Source: Eledone cirrhosa (Eukaryota). Taken from it: 64,000 nucleotides of DNA. Shown piece after piece: positions 1-12,594 of this stretch. The notes beneath the pieces were generated by a model. The model was given only the letters and a program-made list of their open reading frames with translations, made no database searches and was not told the origin of the DNA. The stretch's first letter is position 1; each line of letters opens with the position of its first letter. The stretch spans positions 151,838,001 through 151,902,000 of the forward strand of contig OZ024740.1 of assembly GCA_964016885.1 (NCBI GenBank), in the 5' to 3' direction. A program made the position numbers and the translations under genes.

Positions 1-682
1 CACTTTAAACAATTTTCATTTCTGTTCCATTGTATTCTCATATCTATCTCAATTGATGCTTTCAATCTTAAATTACAAATACTTTCTCTTTTAAACAAAA
101 CACATTTTCCGATCGCCGTCGGCAGATGGTAAGACATTACGCGGAAGGTGAATTATTGAACAAGTGTGGTATAGGCGAAATCACATGCATACATTTTTAA
201 TATTAACTAAAACCTGTCTACTTGCACCAACACTAACGTAACCGCCATCAAAATAACAACTACGAAAACCACAACCACTATAAATCTATATCTCTGAAAT
301 ATCTATGAGTGTCCATGTGTTAGTGCGTAAGTGTGTGTGTGTATTTTTGGCATTCTATATTATGGTCAGATTCTCTTGTATTTCTCTTTCTACCTAATTC
401 TTTCTCTTTGCAGTGTTTCTGTTTAAATGTAAGCAAATGGTTTTGCTTTTACTGAGAACGCCACATTTCACACATGGACTCTGTATATGGGTTTATCAAC
501 ACATATATATATATATATACCTATATAAATATCTTTATCTCCTCTTTCTTTTCCCCCTATATATATATGCACACACACACACGCACGCACGCATACACAC
601 ACACACATACACACAATATCTCTCTATTTTCTCACTCTCTTTTTTACTCTCATACACACATATATATATATATATATATATA

Positions 683-753
<71 letters not shown>

Positions 754-1599
754 GCGCGCATGCGCGCACGCGCCTTATTTGTTGCGGTTTCGCAATCTCG
801 AGATAAAAACAAATTATTCAAGGTAAAACCCGAAAGGAAACGGCGGCTAAAGAATTTGACCTTCATTGGGACCATCAATGAATTTTATGTATAAAGGGCT
901 ATATATATCGCATCAGGTCAAAATGTTCTTGTTTTGATCATCGAACATATTTCTCTGCATTAAACTTTCATCGCTAAATCATAAAAGTGCACGGCTTAGG
1001 GGTTGGGATGTTCGGCTCACATTCGTAAGTTAATAATATCGATTCTTGGTGGCGCGTTGTGTTCTTGAACAAACATTTTATTTCACATTGCTCCATTCCA
1101 CTAGGTTGGCAACGGCAAGTTGTAAATGTAATTTAAAAAAAAAACACAAACACAACCTTTGTAAACACTATGTTACACTGAATCTTATAGAGAAGTGCAA
1201 TAAACGACACGCGAATTTAGAATACTAAGCCACTTGCCAAATTCTAACATCACCAGAAGAAATACTGAATTTCGGTTAAGCTTTCGTATTTTAGGCAAAC
1301 ACCCGAATAGTAAACGAAAACAGTGTTGCGTTCATGGCCAAGATACTAAACTGTCCAAAGCATTGTTCATCTCGATAGACGCGTGTACAATACAGTGTGG
1401 TAAAGTATATTATATGCAATGTCTGAAACCATGACACTGAGCTATCAACATTCCAGTTAAACTAGCTGAAGGTAAGTGTGGTACAGTGTGGCACATTTAT
1501 CAGTTCTATATACATGCTAAGAATGTCGATCCTTTTTTTCTTTTACTCCCTGAGAAGAGCTGTGCGCAAGGCATTCAAACCCCAAGGCTGGTGTGATTG

Positions 1600-2100
1600 A
1601 TGTGATTAATAAATTTAAACGATAGCTGACGGCAACTGAGAAACATGAGCATGGAGGAATTTCCAGAGAAGAGGCGTTCCTAAGAAGTATTGGGTGAAAT
1701 CTTTACTACAAGGCCTGATTGTATGGAATATGGTCACAAGAAATATGATCACAAATGTATTGACTAGTGAGGAGTAGATGAATGAGGCGAGAGTGATTAA
1801 TTGGAGTTGACTTGGAAACAATGTAGCTCCGAGAAGCAGAGTCACATCGCAGTTGTGGTAGAACAAGCGAAGTAACGCCAATGACTGGAGGATATTGGTG
1901 AGTGACCATTAAGTAGATTGTTGAAGGGGTAGCCTATGATGTATGTATGTGTAATTGTATCACTGTTCCTAATCTGGAAGCTGTATTTCATAGCGAACCC
2001 CACTTGAAACGACAAATAGTACTTTCTGACGCTGAAGAGGAGGATGAAGCTTTATGATGCAGTTATGTTGGGTATGTAAAATTCGCAGGGAAAATGAAAT
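1600..2100 (-). mobile_element. Highly decayed 3' fragment of a Jockey/CR1-like LINE
   Basis: ORF 1615..1881(-) reads LRLFYHNC...HTIRP...TPLLWKFLHAHV, loosely resembling the LFYRYY...HP.TV...PRT..LWNSLP..VFP C-terminus of such LINE ORF2 proteins. Weak similarity only. Confidence 0.35.
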
Positions 2101-2299
2101 CTAGCCTATATATCCAGGTTCTTCGAGAAAAACTGCGGGAAAGAAGTAACAAAAATGAGAGAATTGTACGACTAAAATATTGTAGAGGACATGCACTGAT
2201 CAGTTTGGGGTCAAGACACTTAGTACAGGCGTTTAAACACCAGTAAATACTTATTTACTTACACTCACACACACATATATACATATATATCTATATAAA

Positions 2300-2488
2300 T
2301 TGTTTCTACTTTTAGCAGAAGGCCAGCAATTATCCCAGTGCATTACTGGTACTTTATTTTATTAACCCCGTAAGGATGAAAGGCAAAGTTAACCTCTGCG
2401 GGATTTGAACACAGAATGGCATGGGCCGTAACTCTATAAGTCAAAGAATGGCGTCCGACCCTCTACCGATACTGCCAATCCACCACCA
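2300..2488 (-). mobile_element. tRNA-derived SINE with Nin/Deu-like core
   Basis: Reverse complement of the copy at 35563-35752: A-box-like TGGCAGTATCGG, B-box GTTCAAATCC, core GAGGTTAACTTTGCCTTTCATCCTTACGGGG. Confidence 0.75.
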
Positions 2489-2532
2489 TTTATATATGTT
2501 ATAACATAAATATATAATATATACACCCCGCC

Positions 2533-2601
<69 letters not shown>

Positions 2602-2616
2602 ATTATATATATATAT

Positions 2617-5572
2617 GAAAACAGGGAGAAAGAGACGATTATGAGGAAGAAAAATATATTCTTTTCCTTTTTTGTTTCTCTCTCTCTTTTTTCTGCGTTA
2701 GAAAATGATTAAAACGAAATGTTTTACTTTGTGTGAAGTGTTAAGTTATTAGTTGATTTATTTATTATTTAACAATGGCATTTATTTATCTATTTATATA
2801 TTTAATTATTGTTTATTACCGGTTTCTGCCTTAATATGCATTATCAAATGATAGTGAAATGTATTAGTGTGGTGTCCCACATGTTAAACAGAAGGTGCAG
2901 AAAGAATAATGTTATTTACAAACAAGGTTTAAGAAATGAAAAGAATAAAGAAAAAGGAAAAATAAACGTGCATAATGTGGAACGTAAAGAGACAATGTGG
3001 AAGAAAAGTTAATGTTATTTACAAGCACAGTCATTGAAGTTAAGCAGATCAAAATGTGTTAATATAGCAAGAGTGCTTAGTTGAACCATGGTTCCGTGAT
3101 GGAGGCAAATGGTGGACTGAGGTTTGATATGATTTCCCTTTTTAGAGACTTAATATGCAGGCGGAAGCAATTCTTGTTGGGTGATATTTAATTTATTTAA
3201 GAAAAAGGATTAGGTAGGCTGTGAGGGAGGTAACTCTTGTAAATGTTTGATGGTTTGTTGCAGTTTTAGATTGGTACGATTTTTAGAGCATTTTAGAGTA
3301 GTGGTTGAAATTTATTAATGAAATGTGCTTCCTTATTGGTACGTTGGATGAAAGTAGCGTTGTCTATGAATTTGTAAATGGGGAACATTTTAAAGTTTGG
3401 ATGTTGGTTGAGAGTACAATTGGCGATATGTTCACTAAATGAAATCTTTCTGTATTCCTGTATTTAAATTTTTGATTTATGGACGGTCATACGTTGACAG
3501 GGGCTGTTTTTTGTCTGTCCTATGTAGTGCTTTTGGCAACCTGAGCAGGTCAAAACATAGATAAGTTTTTCAGATGCACATGTAAAGTTGTGTTTAACTG
3601 TGAAACGTTGTCCTTGTTTAAAATGGAATGTTGAACCTTCTATTAGATTTATACATATGCCACAGTTGGGCCTTCCGCATTTTGTTATTGTAGGGTTCAT
3701 TGTGAGGGTATGTTGCATTTTTGCTTGTGTGAGGATGTTTTTTATGGATTTGGGTTGTCTTTTTCTCTTTATAATGTTGTGTGTTTGGAGGATATTTTTC
3801 ATTCTTGGGTCTCTTTTTAGTAAAGGAATGTTCTGGAGGATGGTGTCGAATGCCTCATTGTTGAGGGGGTTGTGTGTGGAGATGTATGGTAGAGTTTTTG
3901 TTTCGGTTCATTCCTGGGTTTGGGGTGTCTGAGTTCCTGGATGTCTAGTTTTAGGGCACGTTGGAATCCATTGGTGATTAGGGATTGTGGGTAGTTTCTG
4001 CTGATAAATGTGTTTTTTAATTCTTCTAGTCGTGTGTAGCACGTGTATTTATCTGAAACTATTGTGTAGATCCTTCTGACTAGGTTATAAGGAATTGCCA
4101 TTTTGGTGTGTCTAGGGTGGCACGAGTTGAATGGAAGGTATTGTTTGGAGTCCGTGGGTTTGTAGTATATGTCTGTTTCTATTTTGTTGCTTGTTTTCTT
4201 GATGAGGATGTCGAGAAAAGGGAGTTGTTCATGGCTGTAATCCATTGTGAATTGTAAGTTAGTGTTGAGCTCATTCAGAAGGGTTTTGAACTCAAACAGT
4301 CTATCTATACTTTCATGCTAGAGGATGAAGCAGTCGTCCAGATATCTCTTCCAGTTCTTTTCTATGTGTTGGTAGAAGTGGTTGCCGTATTTGTCTAGAA
4401 CTTTGCGGTAGAGAATGGTTTCCAAATATCATATGACAAGGTTGGCGTATGAGGGGGCCACTTTCGTGCCCATGGCAGTCCCGGATTTCTGTCTGTAGTA
4501 TTTGGCAATGAATTCGAAGAAATTGTTTTCCAAGATGAATTTGAGTCCCTCCAACACAAATACGTTAGGGATGCGCTGTGGAAGTTCACTAGGGAAATTT
4601 TCCATACAGAATTGTATTGCCTCTATACCTAGGTTGTGCGTGATATTGGAATATAAATTGATGACATCAAAGGTTACTAGTAGGGTATGTTCGTTATTGA
4701 GTGTTGTTGGGAGGTGGTTGAGCATGTCAAGGTCGTCCCTTATAAATCTTTTATATGTTTTAAGAAAGGTTTAAGCAGAATATCTAGGAAGTTGCTTAGG
4801 CTAATGTGGTGCCTGCTATTATGGGTCTTAATTTAAGGTCATCAGGTGTACCTATATTGATGTAAACGTCTGTGGATTGCTTGCAGGCCCTGCCTATTAC
4901 TTCGCTTTTGTGTGTCTTGGGGATACCGTAGAAGAGGCTGGTTCTGCTTTTGAAATTGGTGATGTAGTTGTATTCCTTGTCGGTAAGGCCTTCTTTGTAA
5001 AGGGTTGTTAGGGATTTTAGGTTTCTCATTATTTTCTGTTGTGTGTAGTGTTGGGTCTTATTCATAATATATTTGGTTTTCTAGAGTTGAGAGTACTAGA
5101 GTTGTGTAATAATCTGTCTCCATAAGGACTACTGCACTCCCTTTATCTGCCTCTTTGATTGTTAGGATTTTGTCGTTTTTTAGACTGTTAAGACCATTCC
5201 ATTCTTTTTTGCTTAGGTTTCGTTTTTGTTTATGTCTGTGTAGGTGGTGGTATGGGTAATTAGTAATGTGTTCGCAGAATTGATCGAGGAATTTATTCTT
5301 GCCTTTTGGTGGGGTGTAGTTGCTTCTATTTCTGGCTATTGAGTCATCCTCATTGTATTTGTCGTATAGTTCGCTGAGTCTTAGTTTTCTACAGAATTCT
5401 GCAATATCTTCCTTCATTTCAGGGTAGTTTGGTTTTTGGGGAGTTGGTGTAAATTTTAGACCTTTGGAGAGTATGTTGATTTGGTCTGTTGTTAATTCTT
5501 TAGAGGTTAAATTGACAATTTTTATTGCATTTTGTGTCTCCTGTGTGTTTTGTGTTATCTTGTAATCCTGTG
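2617..5572 (-). mobile_element. Penelope-like retroelement, Neptune type; nearly full ORF, pseudogenised, with 3' pLTR
   Basis: Fragmented ORFs give the PLE N-terminus IVNLTSKELTTDQINILSKGLKFTPTP, IKEADKGSAVV, LRPII, FDVINLYSNI, GTAMGTKVAPSYANL, RYLDD, LPFLD, YYKPTD, the Cys linker KCGRPNCGIC and GIY-YIG LIYVLTCSGCQKHYIGQT. Ends in (TA)n. Confidence 0.92.
2813..2854 (-). ncRNA. Hammerhead ribozyme motif, U3-A8 variant, in Neptune pLTR
   Basis: Minus strand: ctatcat UUGAUAA ugc-auauuaag-gca GAAA ccgg UA auaa. Stem I is weak. Confidence 0.55.
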
Positions 5573-7335
5573 TCAATAACGAACATACCCTACTAGTAAC
5601 CTTTGATGTCATCAATTTATATTCTAATATCCCACACAACCTAGGTATAGAGGCAATACAATTCTGTATGGAAAATTTCCCTAGTGAACTTCCACAGCGC
5701 ATCCCTAAAGAATTTGTGTTGGAGGGACTCAAATTCATCTTGGAAAACAATTTCTTCGAATTCAATGCCAAATACTACAGACAGAAATCTTGGACTGCCA
5801 TGGGCACGAAAGTAGCCCCCTCATACACCAACCTTGTCATGGGATATTTGGAAACCACTCTCTACCGCAAAGTTCTAGACAAATACGGCAACCACTTCTA
5901 CCAACACATAGAAAAGAACTGGAAGTGATATCTGGACGACTGCTTCATCCTCTAGCATGAAAGTATAGATAGACTGTTTGAGTTCAAAACCCTTCTGAAT
6001 GAGCTCAACACTAACTTACAATTCACAATGGATTACAGCCATGAACAACTCCCTTTTCTCGACATCTTCATCAAGAAAACAAGCAACAAAATAGAAACAG
6101 ACATAGACACACCAAAATGGCAATCCTTATAACCTAGCGAGAAGGATCTGCACAATAGTTTCAGATAAATACACATGCTACACACGACTAGAAGAATTAA
6201 AAAACACACTTATCAGCAAAAACTACCCACAATCCCTAATCACCAATGGATTCCAACGTGCCCTAAAACTAGACATCCAGGAACTCAGACACCCTAAACC
6301 CAGGAATGAACCGAAACAAAAAGCTCTAACATACATCTCCACACACAACCCCCTCAACAATGAGGCATTCGACACCATCCTCCAGAACATTCCTTTACTA
6401 AAAAGAGACCCAAGAATGAACAATATCCGCCAAACACACAACATCATAAAGAGAAAAAGACAACCCAAATCCATAAAAAACATCCTCACAAGCCAAAATG
6501 CAACAAATCCTCCAAATGAACCCTACAGTAACAAAATGCGGAAGGCCAAACTGTAGCATATGCATAAATCTAATAGAAGGTTCAACATTCCATTTTAAAC
6601 AAGGACAACGTTTCACAGTTAAACACAACTTTACATGTGCATCTGAAAACCTTATCTATGTTTTGACCTGCTCAGGTTGTCAAGAGCACTACATAGGACA
6701 GACAAAAAACAGCCTCCGTCAACGTATGACCGTCCATAAATCACAAATTAAAATACAAGAATACAGAAAGATTGCATTTAGTGAACATGTCGCCAGTTGT
6801 GCTCTCAACCAACATCCAAACTTTAAAAAGGGAAATCACATCAAACCTCAGTCCACCATTTGTATCCATGGTTCAACTAAGCACTCTTGCGATATTAACA
6901 CATTTTGATCTGCTTAACTTCAATGACTGTGCTTGTAAATAATATTATCTTTTCTTCCACATTGACTTTTTACGTTCCACATTATGCACGTTTATTTTTC
7001 CTTTTTCTTTATTCTTTTCACTTCTTAAACCTTGTTTGTAAATAACATTATTCTTTCTGCACCTTCTGTTTAACATGTGCGACACCACACTAATACATTT
7101 CACTATCATTTGATAATGCATATAAAGGCAGAAACCGGTAATAGACAATAATTAAATATATAAATAGATAAATAAATGGCATTGTTAAATAATAAATAAA
7201 TCAACTAATACCTTAACACTTCACACAAAGTAAAACATTTCGTTTAATCATTTTCTAACCCAGAAAAAAAGAGAGAGAGAAAAACAAAAAAGGAAAAAAT
7301 ATTTTTTTCTTCCTCATAATCGTCTCTTTCTCCCT

Positions 7336-7339
<4 letters not shown>
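5573..7339 (+). mobile_element. Inverted, 5'-truncated second arm of the same Neptune PLE
   Basis: Near-identical reverse complement of about 2617-4699, with two internal deletions (near 6105 and 6826). ORFs 5668..5928 (RT) and 6498..6908 (GIY-YIG). Ends in (TA)n. Confidence 0.92.
7103..7144 (+). ncRNA. Hammerhead ribozyme motif, U3-A8 variant
   Basis: ctatcat TTGATAA tgc atataaag gca GAAA ccgg TA atag. Palindromic CCGG stem III, GUA triplet. Confidence 0.6.
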
Positions 7340-7383
<44 letters not shown>

Positions 7384-8002
7384 TAACTCGTGTGCTTCCT
7401 CTCCAGATTTTATTATTAGTATTATATATATATATATATATAGATATATATATATAGATATAGAGAGAGAGAGAAAGATACACACACACACAACGAAGAG
7501 TGGGTATCTGTTGTTTTTCAACTCTTGACGATCTGATAGCTTATCATTCCTGCTATATCGGTAGTATTTTGGTGAAGTCAAATCTATAGATATGTCGGAA
7601 GCTAAATGAGCGACATGGAAAATTTTCCTTCAAATTTTTCTTCACCACAAAACAAATTTAAGAGGAGTTAACAAGTCAATAAATCGATATATATATAGTT
7701 TGAGAAAGAAATGGTACAAGTTCTGTCGAATTTGAAAAATGCTTGCGGGCCGAACGCTTCAGACAGATGCCAATCAAATTAAGAAAATTACACATTTTTA
7801 GTTGCCACGATTTAGTTGCCAGAATATTGCCACGATTTTATCACTGGTATTCTGTTCTACTAAATTCAGTATAAATATTATAATCGCCTTTCTAGATAAT
7901 ATATTCGGCTTAGCAAATAATTATGCATGCCGGGCAGGCATGTCTATGTGGTTAAATAGTTTGAATAGTCGACAAAAATCAATACAGGGAGCTATAAAAC
8001 AC

Positions 8003-8041
<39 letters not shown>

Positions 8042-8213
8042 ATACTTTGGGAGGGTCAAGTTGCCAATAAGAAACATACGCAGCAGTTGCTTTCACTCCA
8101 ATTTATTATAAACTAAAAATAAAAAATTTTTTGTTTTTGTTTTTTCAAAAAAAAATATTTATAAATTACTGGTTGGTTGGTTGGTTCCACAACCGGACGG
8201 TTGTTCATATATT

Positions 8214-8256
8214 GTCAACGTTCTTTCGTCACACATTCTGTGACCTCTTCAGTGAC
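8214..8256 (-). ncRNA. Hammerhead ribozyme motif (F1, stem III altered)
   Basis: gtca CTGAAGA g gtcac agaatgt gtgac GAAA gaac gt tgac on the minus strand; U16.1 is substituted. Confidence 0.55.
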
Positions 8257-8374
8257 TGGGGATCCTTTTCTTTGTTTTGTGCCTCTCCTTTGTTCTGTCC
8301 TACGCACTCACACAAAAACAAGATGGCGTAAAACGGAACAAAGGAGAGGCACAAAACAAAGAAAAGAATCCCCA

Positions 8375-8417
8375 GTCACTGAAGAGGTCACAGAATGTGT
8401 GACGAAAGAACTTTGAC
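8375..8417 (+). ncRNA. Hammerhead ribozyme motif (F1)
   Basis: gtca CTGAAGA g gtcac agaatgt gtgac GAAA g aa c TT tgac. Stem I gtca/tgac, stem II gtcac/gtgac, 2-bp stem III. Confidence 0.7.
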
Positions 8418-8754
8418 AATATATGAACAACCGTCCGGTTGTGGAACCAACCAACCAACCAGCAATTTATAAATATTTTTTTTTGAAAAAACAAAAAAAA
8501 ATTTTTTTTTATTTTTAATTTTTAATAAATTGGAGTGAAAGTAACTGGTGCGTGTGTTTCTTATTGGCAACATGACCCTACCAAAGTATAACAATATCGA
8601 TTTCAACACACGTTTTCAGATAAAGAATCTTGCTAAACAAATTCAGAAACGATGGCATTATCTTATGGCTAAAACAGCACGACGTGCTGTGACCAGCGGC
8701 ACCGATCGGTGCCCGACAGACTGGTCGGTCAAGGTGATCAAGGTGATATATATA

Positions 8755-8830
8755 CAGGGCGTTCCAAAAAATGTATACACACTTTGATTACTTTGCTGTT
8801 GAAGTGTGTAAACATTTTTGGGAAACCCTG
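8755..8830. mobile_element. 76-bp Tc1/mariner-like MITE
   Basis: TIRs CAGGGCGTTCCAAAAAATGTATACACACTT / AAGTGTGTAAACATTTTTGGGAAACCCTG; TA on the left flank. Confidence 0.65.
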
Positions 8831-10132
8831 TCACCCTGTCTATTAGCTTAACGCTCGATATAGTAGAAATATCTTAACGTTTCGAATGTTAGTGCTTCAT
8901 AAGAAAATAGAATGAAAGATAGAAGAAATAGAAAAAATGCTGTACAGAAGGATATCATGTGTATATGTAAACTTAAATTGTGCATTTATATACAAGCTAA
9001 ATATGATAGAAAAAATGTGATATAATCTTTCATAATTATATAAAAAGGTATCATGTAAGTTCATCATAAAACATCTTAACCTACGTTCTATTATATTTTT
9101 CTTAAACTTAATATTCATCGCTCTTGCCAGTGCAGTTTTTTGCAATACCCCCACCTCTATATTATCTCTTTTATCTTCTCTGGCTTAAACTTCCCTAGCT
9201 TTAGACTTCAGTTCCACTTTATTTATTTCTAATTTTATCTTATCTAATGGCCTTCTTTAGCATTATGCTTTCATTACGATATTTCCAATAAAGGACAGTT
9301 TCTATAATTTTGAAATAATTTTGAAAATTATCCAGTATCTCGATGGATTTAGTAATATAACTAAATTTCTCATCATTAAGTTAAGTTTAGAATATCACGT
9401 AATAAATGTTTTTACATTAAACTATAATTGAAGAATCTTTAGATAAAGATCGACCTGATGATGATGATGATTAGATAAATATAAACTCTTTAAAACAAAT
9501 AGCTTTGTATCGTAGAAATAGGGGTGGTTTCAGATAGATTGGTATCAAAAGTGTAAACATCTCTTTCATTTGGTCTTGAACCCCATCATTAGTGGATCAG
9601 CTTGACCATTAGGTGAGAGTAATTTTTGACTGACCTCACCATTTTCTATTTGAGCTGTGTTAGTTCTTAAGTTTCTCGCGTCATGAAGAACGAATTGAAC
9701 ATTAGACTACGGAAGCATAATGTAGCAGAACACTTCTCTAGTTAAGAGAAACCCTAACCCAACACCGCGTTCATGTCTTTCTGCACTATTATTTTTTGCT
9801 GTGTAAACAAACAGTTTACCGACAGACACACATACATATATTTGTGTGTATATATATATATAAACGGAAAAAATGAAACGAAATTTCATTTCTCACTCTT
9901 AGTACGGCTGTTCCTTAAATATAAGTATGTATACGTACATACATATATGTATACAGACGTACAGTAGTATGTATGTATATATATATATAAATACATGCAC
10001 ACATATATAATGTACGTATATCGCTACCCCGGCCGATTAACTCACTCGATATGCAAATTAGGCTGCTCAGCCGTTAATATGCATAAGGAAAGTATATACC
10101 TTCAGACGTTCAACTATCTGGCAGGAAGGTAT

Positions 10133-10175
10133 ACGTTGCTGACGATAGCTAATAAGCTTGAAACTAGTACAGCGT
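10133..10175 (+). ncRNA. Type I minimal hammerhead ribozyme
   Basis: acgttg CTGACGA t agct aata agct t GAAA ctag TA cagcgt. 6-bp stem I, stem II agct/agct, palindromic CUAG stem III, GUA cleavage triplet. Confidence 0.85.
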
Positions 10176-10571
10176 TCCTTTGTCAGTGTTGAACAAATGA
10201 GCAACGATGGTTGCTAGACACTGTACGGCTTAATTTGGGATATTTGTTTACAGACACACCGAGCATTATAATAAATGTTCGGTGAATCCATACGTACATA
10301 TATATATATATATATATGTGTGCATGTATGTATATATATATACATACTACTGTACGTCTGTATACATATATGTATGTACGTATAGATACTTATATTTAAG
10401 TAACAGCCGTACTAAGAGTGAGAAATGAAATTTCGTTTCATTTTTTCCGTTTATCGTTTTCGGTACCCCGGCCGATTAACTCACTCGATATGCAAATTAG
10501 GCTGCTCAGCCGTTAATATGCATAAGGAAAGTATATACATTCAGACGTTCAACAATCTGGCAGGAAGGTAT

Positions 10572-10614
10572 ACGTTGCTGACGATAGCTAATAAGCTTGA
10601 AACTAGTACAGCGT
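10572..10614 (+). ncRNA. Type I minimal hammerhead ribozyme (second tandem copy)
   Basis: Identical to 10133-10175, 439 bp downstream. Confidence 0.85.
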
Positions 10615-11464
10615 TCCTTTGTCACTGTTGAACAACTGAGCAACGATGGTTGCTAGACACTGTACGGCTTAATTCGGGATGTTTGTGTACAGACACACCG
10701 AGCATTATAAAAAATGTTTGGTGAATCCATATGTACATATATATATATGTGTGCATGTATATATATATATATATATACATACTACTGTACGTCTGTATAC
10801 ATATATGAATGTACGTATACATACTTTTATATATATATATATATATATATATCATAAAACAATTTGGCTGTATTGGGCTGCGCTTTCTAGCAATAAGCCT
10901 ACCAGCCGTAAGCAACTAATCACATCCTTTCTAACTTGACTGCTGCCACGTCACGATTCTTAGCCATTTTTGAATGTATTCTTGGCGTGATCACATTGGA
11001 AATTTAATTGTCTAAATCTGAGCTAACTCCTGATGAATCCGAAGCTCTGGATGTCCCCTGTTATCAGATGTCTTAAAATATGGACGAAACCATGGTAGAG
11101 GTAATAAAATATGTAAACATTTCTTCTAGTGTATTTTACACCTAATTGTGTTTGGTTGACTGTATTTCTGGTCGATTTATACATGCTGTCGAAATGTTCG
11201 ATAAATAATCCGTCGCAACCGCCGCGAAGGGGCTTCTTTCGGTGATTTGTCGGAGATTTCTTCATAGGAGCCTTTATTCTTATAGCTTGGTCTAATTGAT
11301 TTTTTATATGGTTAATTATGCTAATTGGGAGAGGAAACGGTATATATTTTATCTAGTGATTCTATAGACATGTTTTATAATATATAGCTCTGATTATTTA
11401 ATTTATTAATTCTTCATTGAGCCACAACGTGACCCGTTGCAAAACACATATATATCTATGAATT

Positions 11465-11790
<326 letters not shown>

Positions 11791-12236
11791 AAAAGCCTTT
11801 TGCTGCATTGAATGATTTCATTGTGCATGTGACTATTGGCAACATCAATATAAAATGTAGCGTCAATATAAATTACTGACGCAACATTCGCTTAAATTAT
11901 GAAAATCTTTATGAGGCAGACAAAGCAACCTAACAAAGAGTAGATATTTAATGTCGAATGTTCGAGACGACTTACTTTTTACCATCCCTCCTCCCAATAT
12001 ATTGGTATTTAAGAAAACTATTATATATGATTTTTTTAAACCGTCAAATACATTCTAAAAATTACATCAATTAGATTTTATAATTTCAAAGTGCCATTAG
12101 ATTGTATATGAGAAGCACTGTATCTATGATGTAGAAATTTCGCTTCAAATATAAGGATTTTCTGTAAATGAGCAGTGCATATGTATGAATGTTATATTTA
12201 TGAATTTAAGCACACACACACACACACACACATACA

Positions 12237-12296
<60 letters not shown>

Positions 12297-12594
12297 TACA
12301 CGGGTGTGTATGATTGTATATAGAAGATTATATTAATAAAAGGAATTGCAACTTTGTCTGATTTACTCGTTTTATTTACAATCCTTTAAAATTATAAAGA
12401 TATTGTAATGAAATAGTATGTAGAATATTAAATGTTAAATGTTAATTCAACAAGTACTTTCATGCTTTCGCAATCTTCAGGTTCAGATTCAGTGGTGACA
12501 GTCAAGTTTTCAATTTTCAATATATATATTGGAAAGTGAGGTTTTTTTACAAAATGAAAAATAACCGAGGTGTCCTATACGAGTGAAAGTATAA

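Larger units (their letters stand above)
8035..8652. mobile_element. Fold-back (palindromic) non-autonomous pLTR element, family F1
   Basis: 8035-8300 is the reverse complement of about 8330-8596. The left end abuts (TA)n. Related copies lie at 18190-18932 and 56860-57388. Confidence 0.85.
9855..10826 (+). mobile_element. Tandem 439-bp hammerhead-bearing repeat (retrozyme-like or tandem pLTR) with an inverted leading fragment
   Basis: Units start at 10025 and 10464 (TACCCCGGCCGATTAAC). 9855-10021 is an inverted copy of the unit's 3' part. No coding capacity; flanked by TA repeats. Confidence 0.85.

Noticed and set aside
413-894. ORFs rich in YI, CV and HT repeats here and throughout the window (e.g. 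16123..16539, 50344..50910, 52086..52611)
   Set aside because: Translations of (TA)n, (TG)n and (CA)n microsatellites, which lack stop codons; not genes.
885-1480. Possible promoter and non-coding exons (TATAAA at 890, GTAAGT donors at 1025 and 1472)
   Set aside because: Such short motifs are expected by chance in AT-rich DNA; no downstream coding exon identified.
2809-3012. 67-aa ORF repeated three times (2809, 6945, 50975)
   Set aside because: Antisense reading of the Neptune pLTR; the recurrence reflects repeat copies, not coding constraint.
5058-5771. 237-aa ORF as a single protein
   Set aside because: Chimera: the N-terminal ~66 aa are the antisense of the inverted arm; only the part below 5573 is true PLE sequence.
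9455-9470. CTGATGA motif
   Set aside because: Start of a (GAT)n run; no stem II or GAAA partner.
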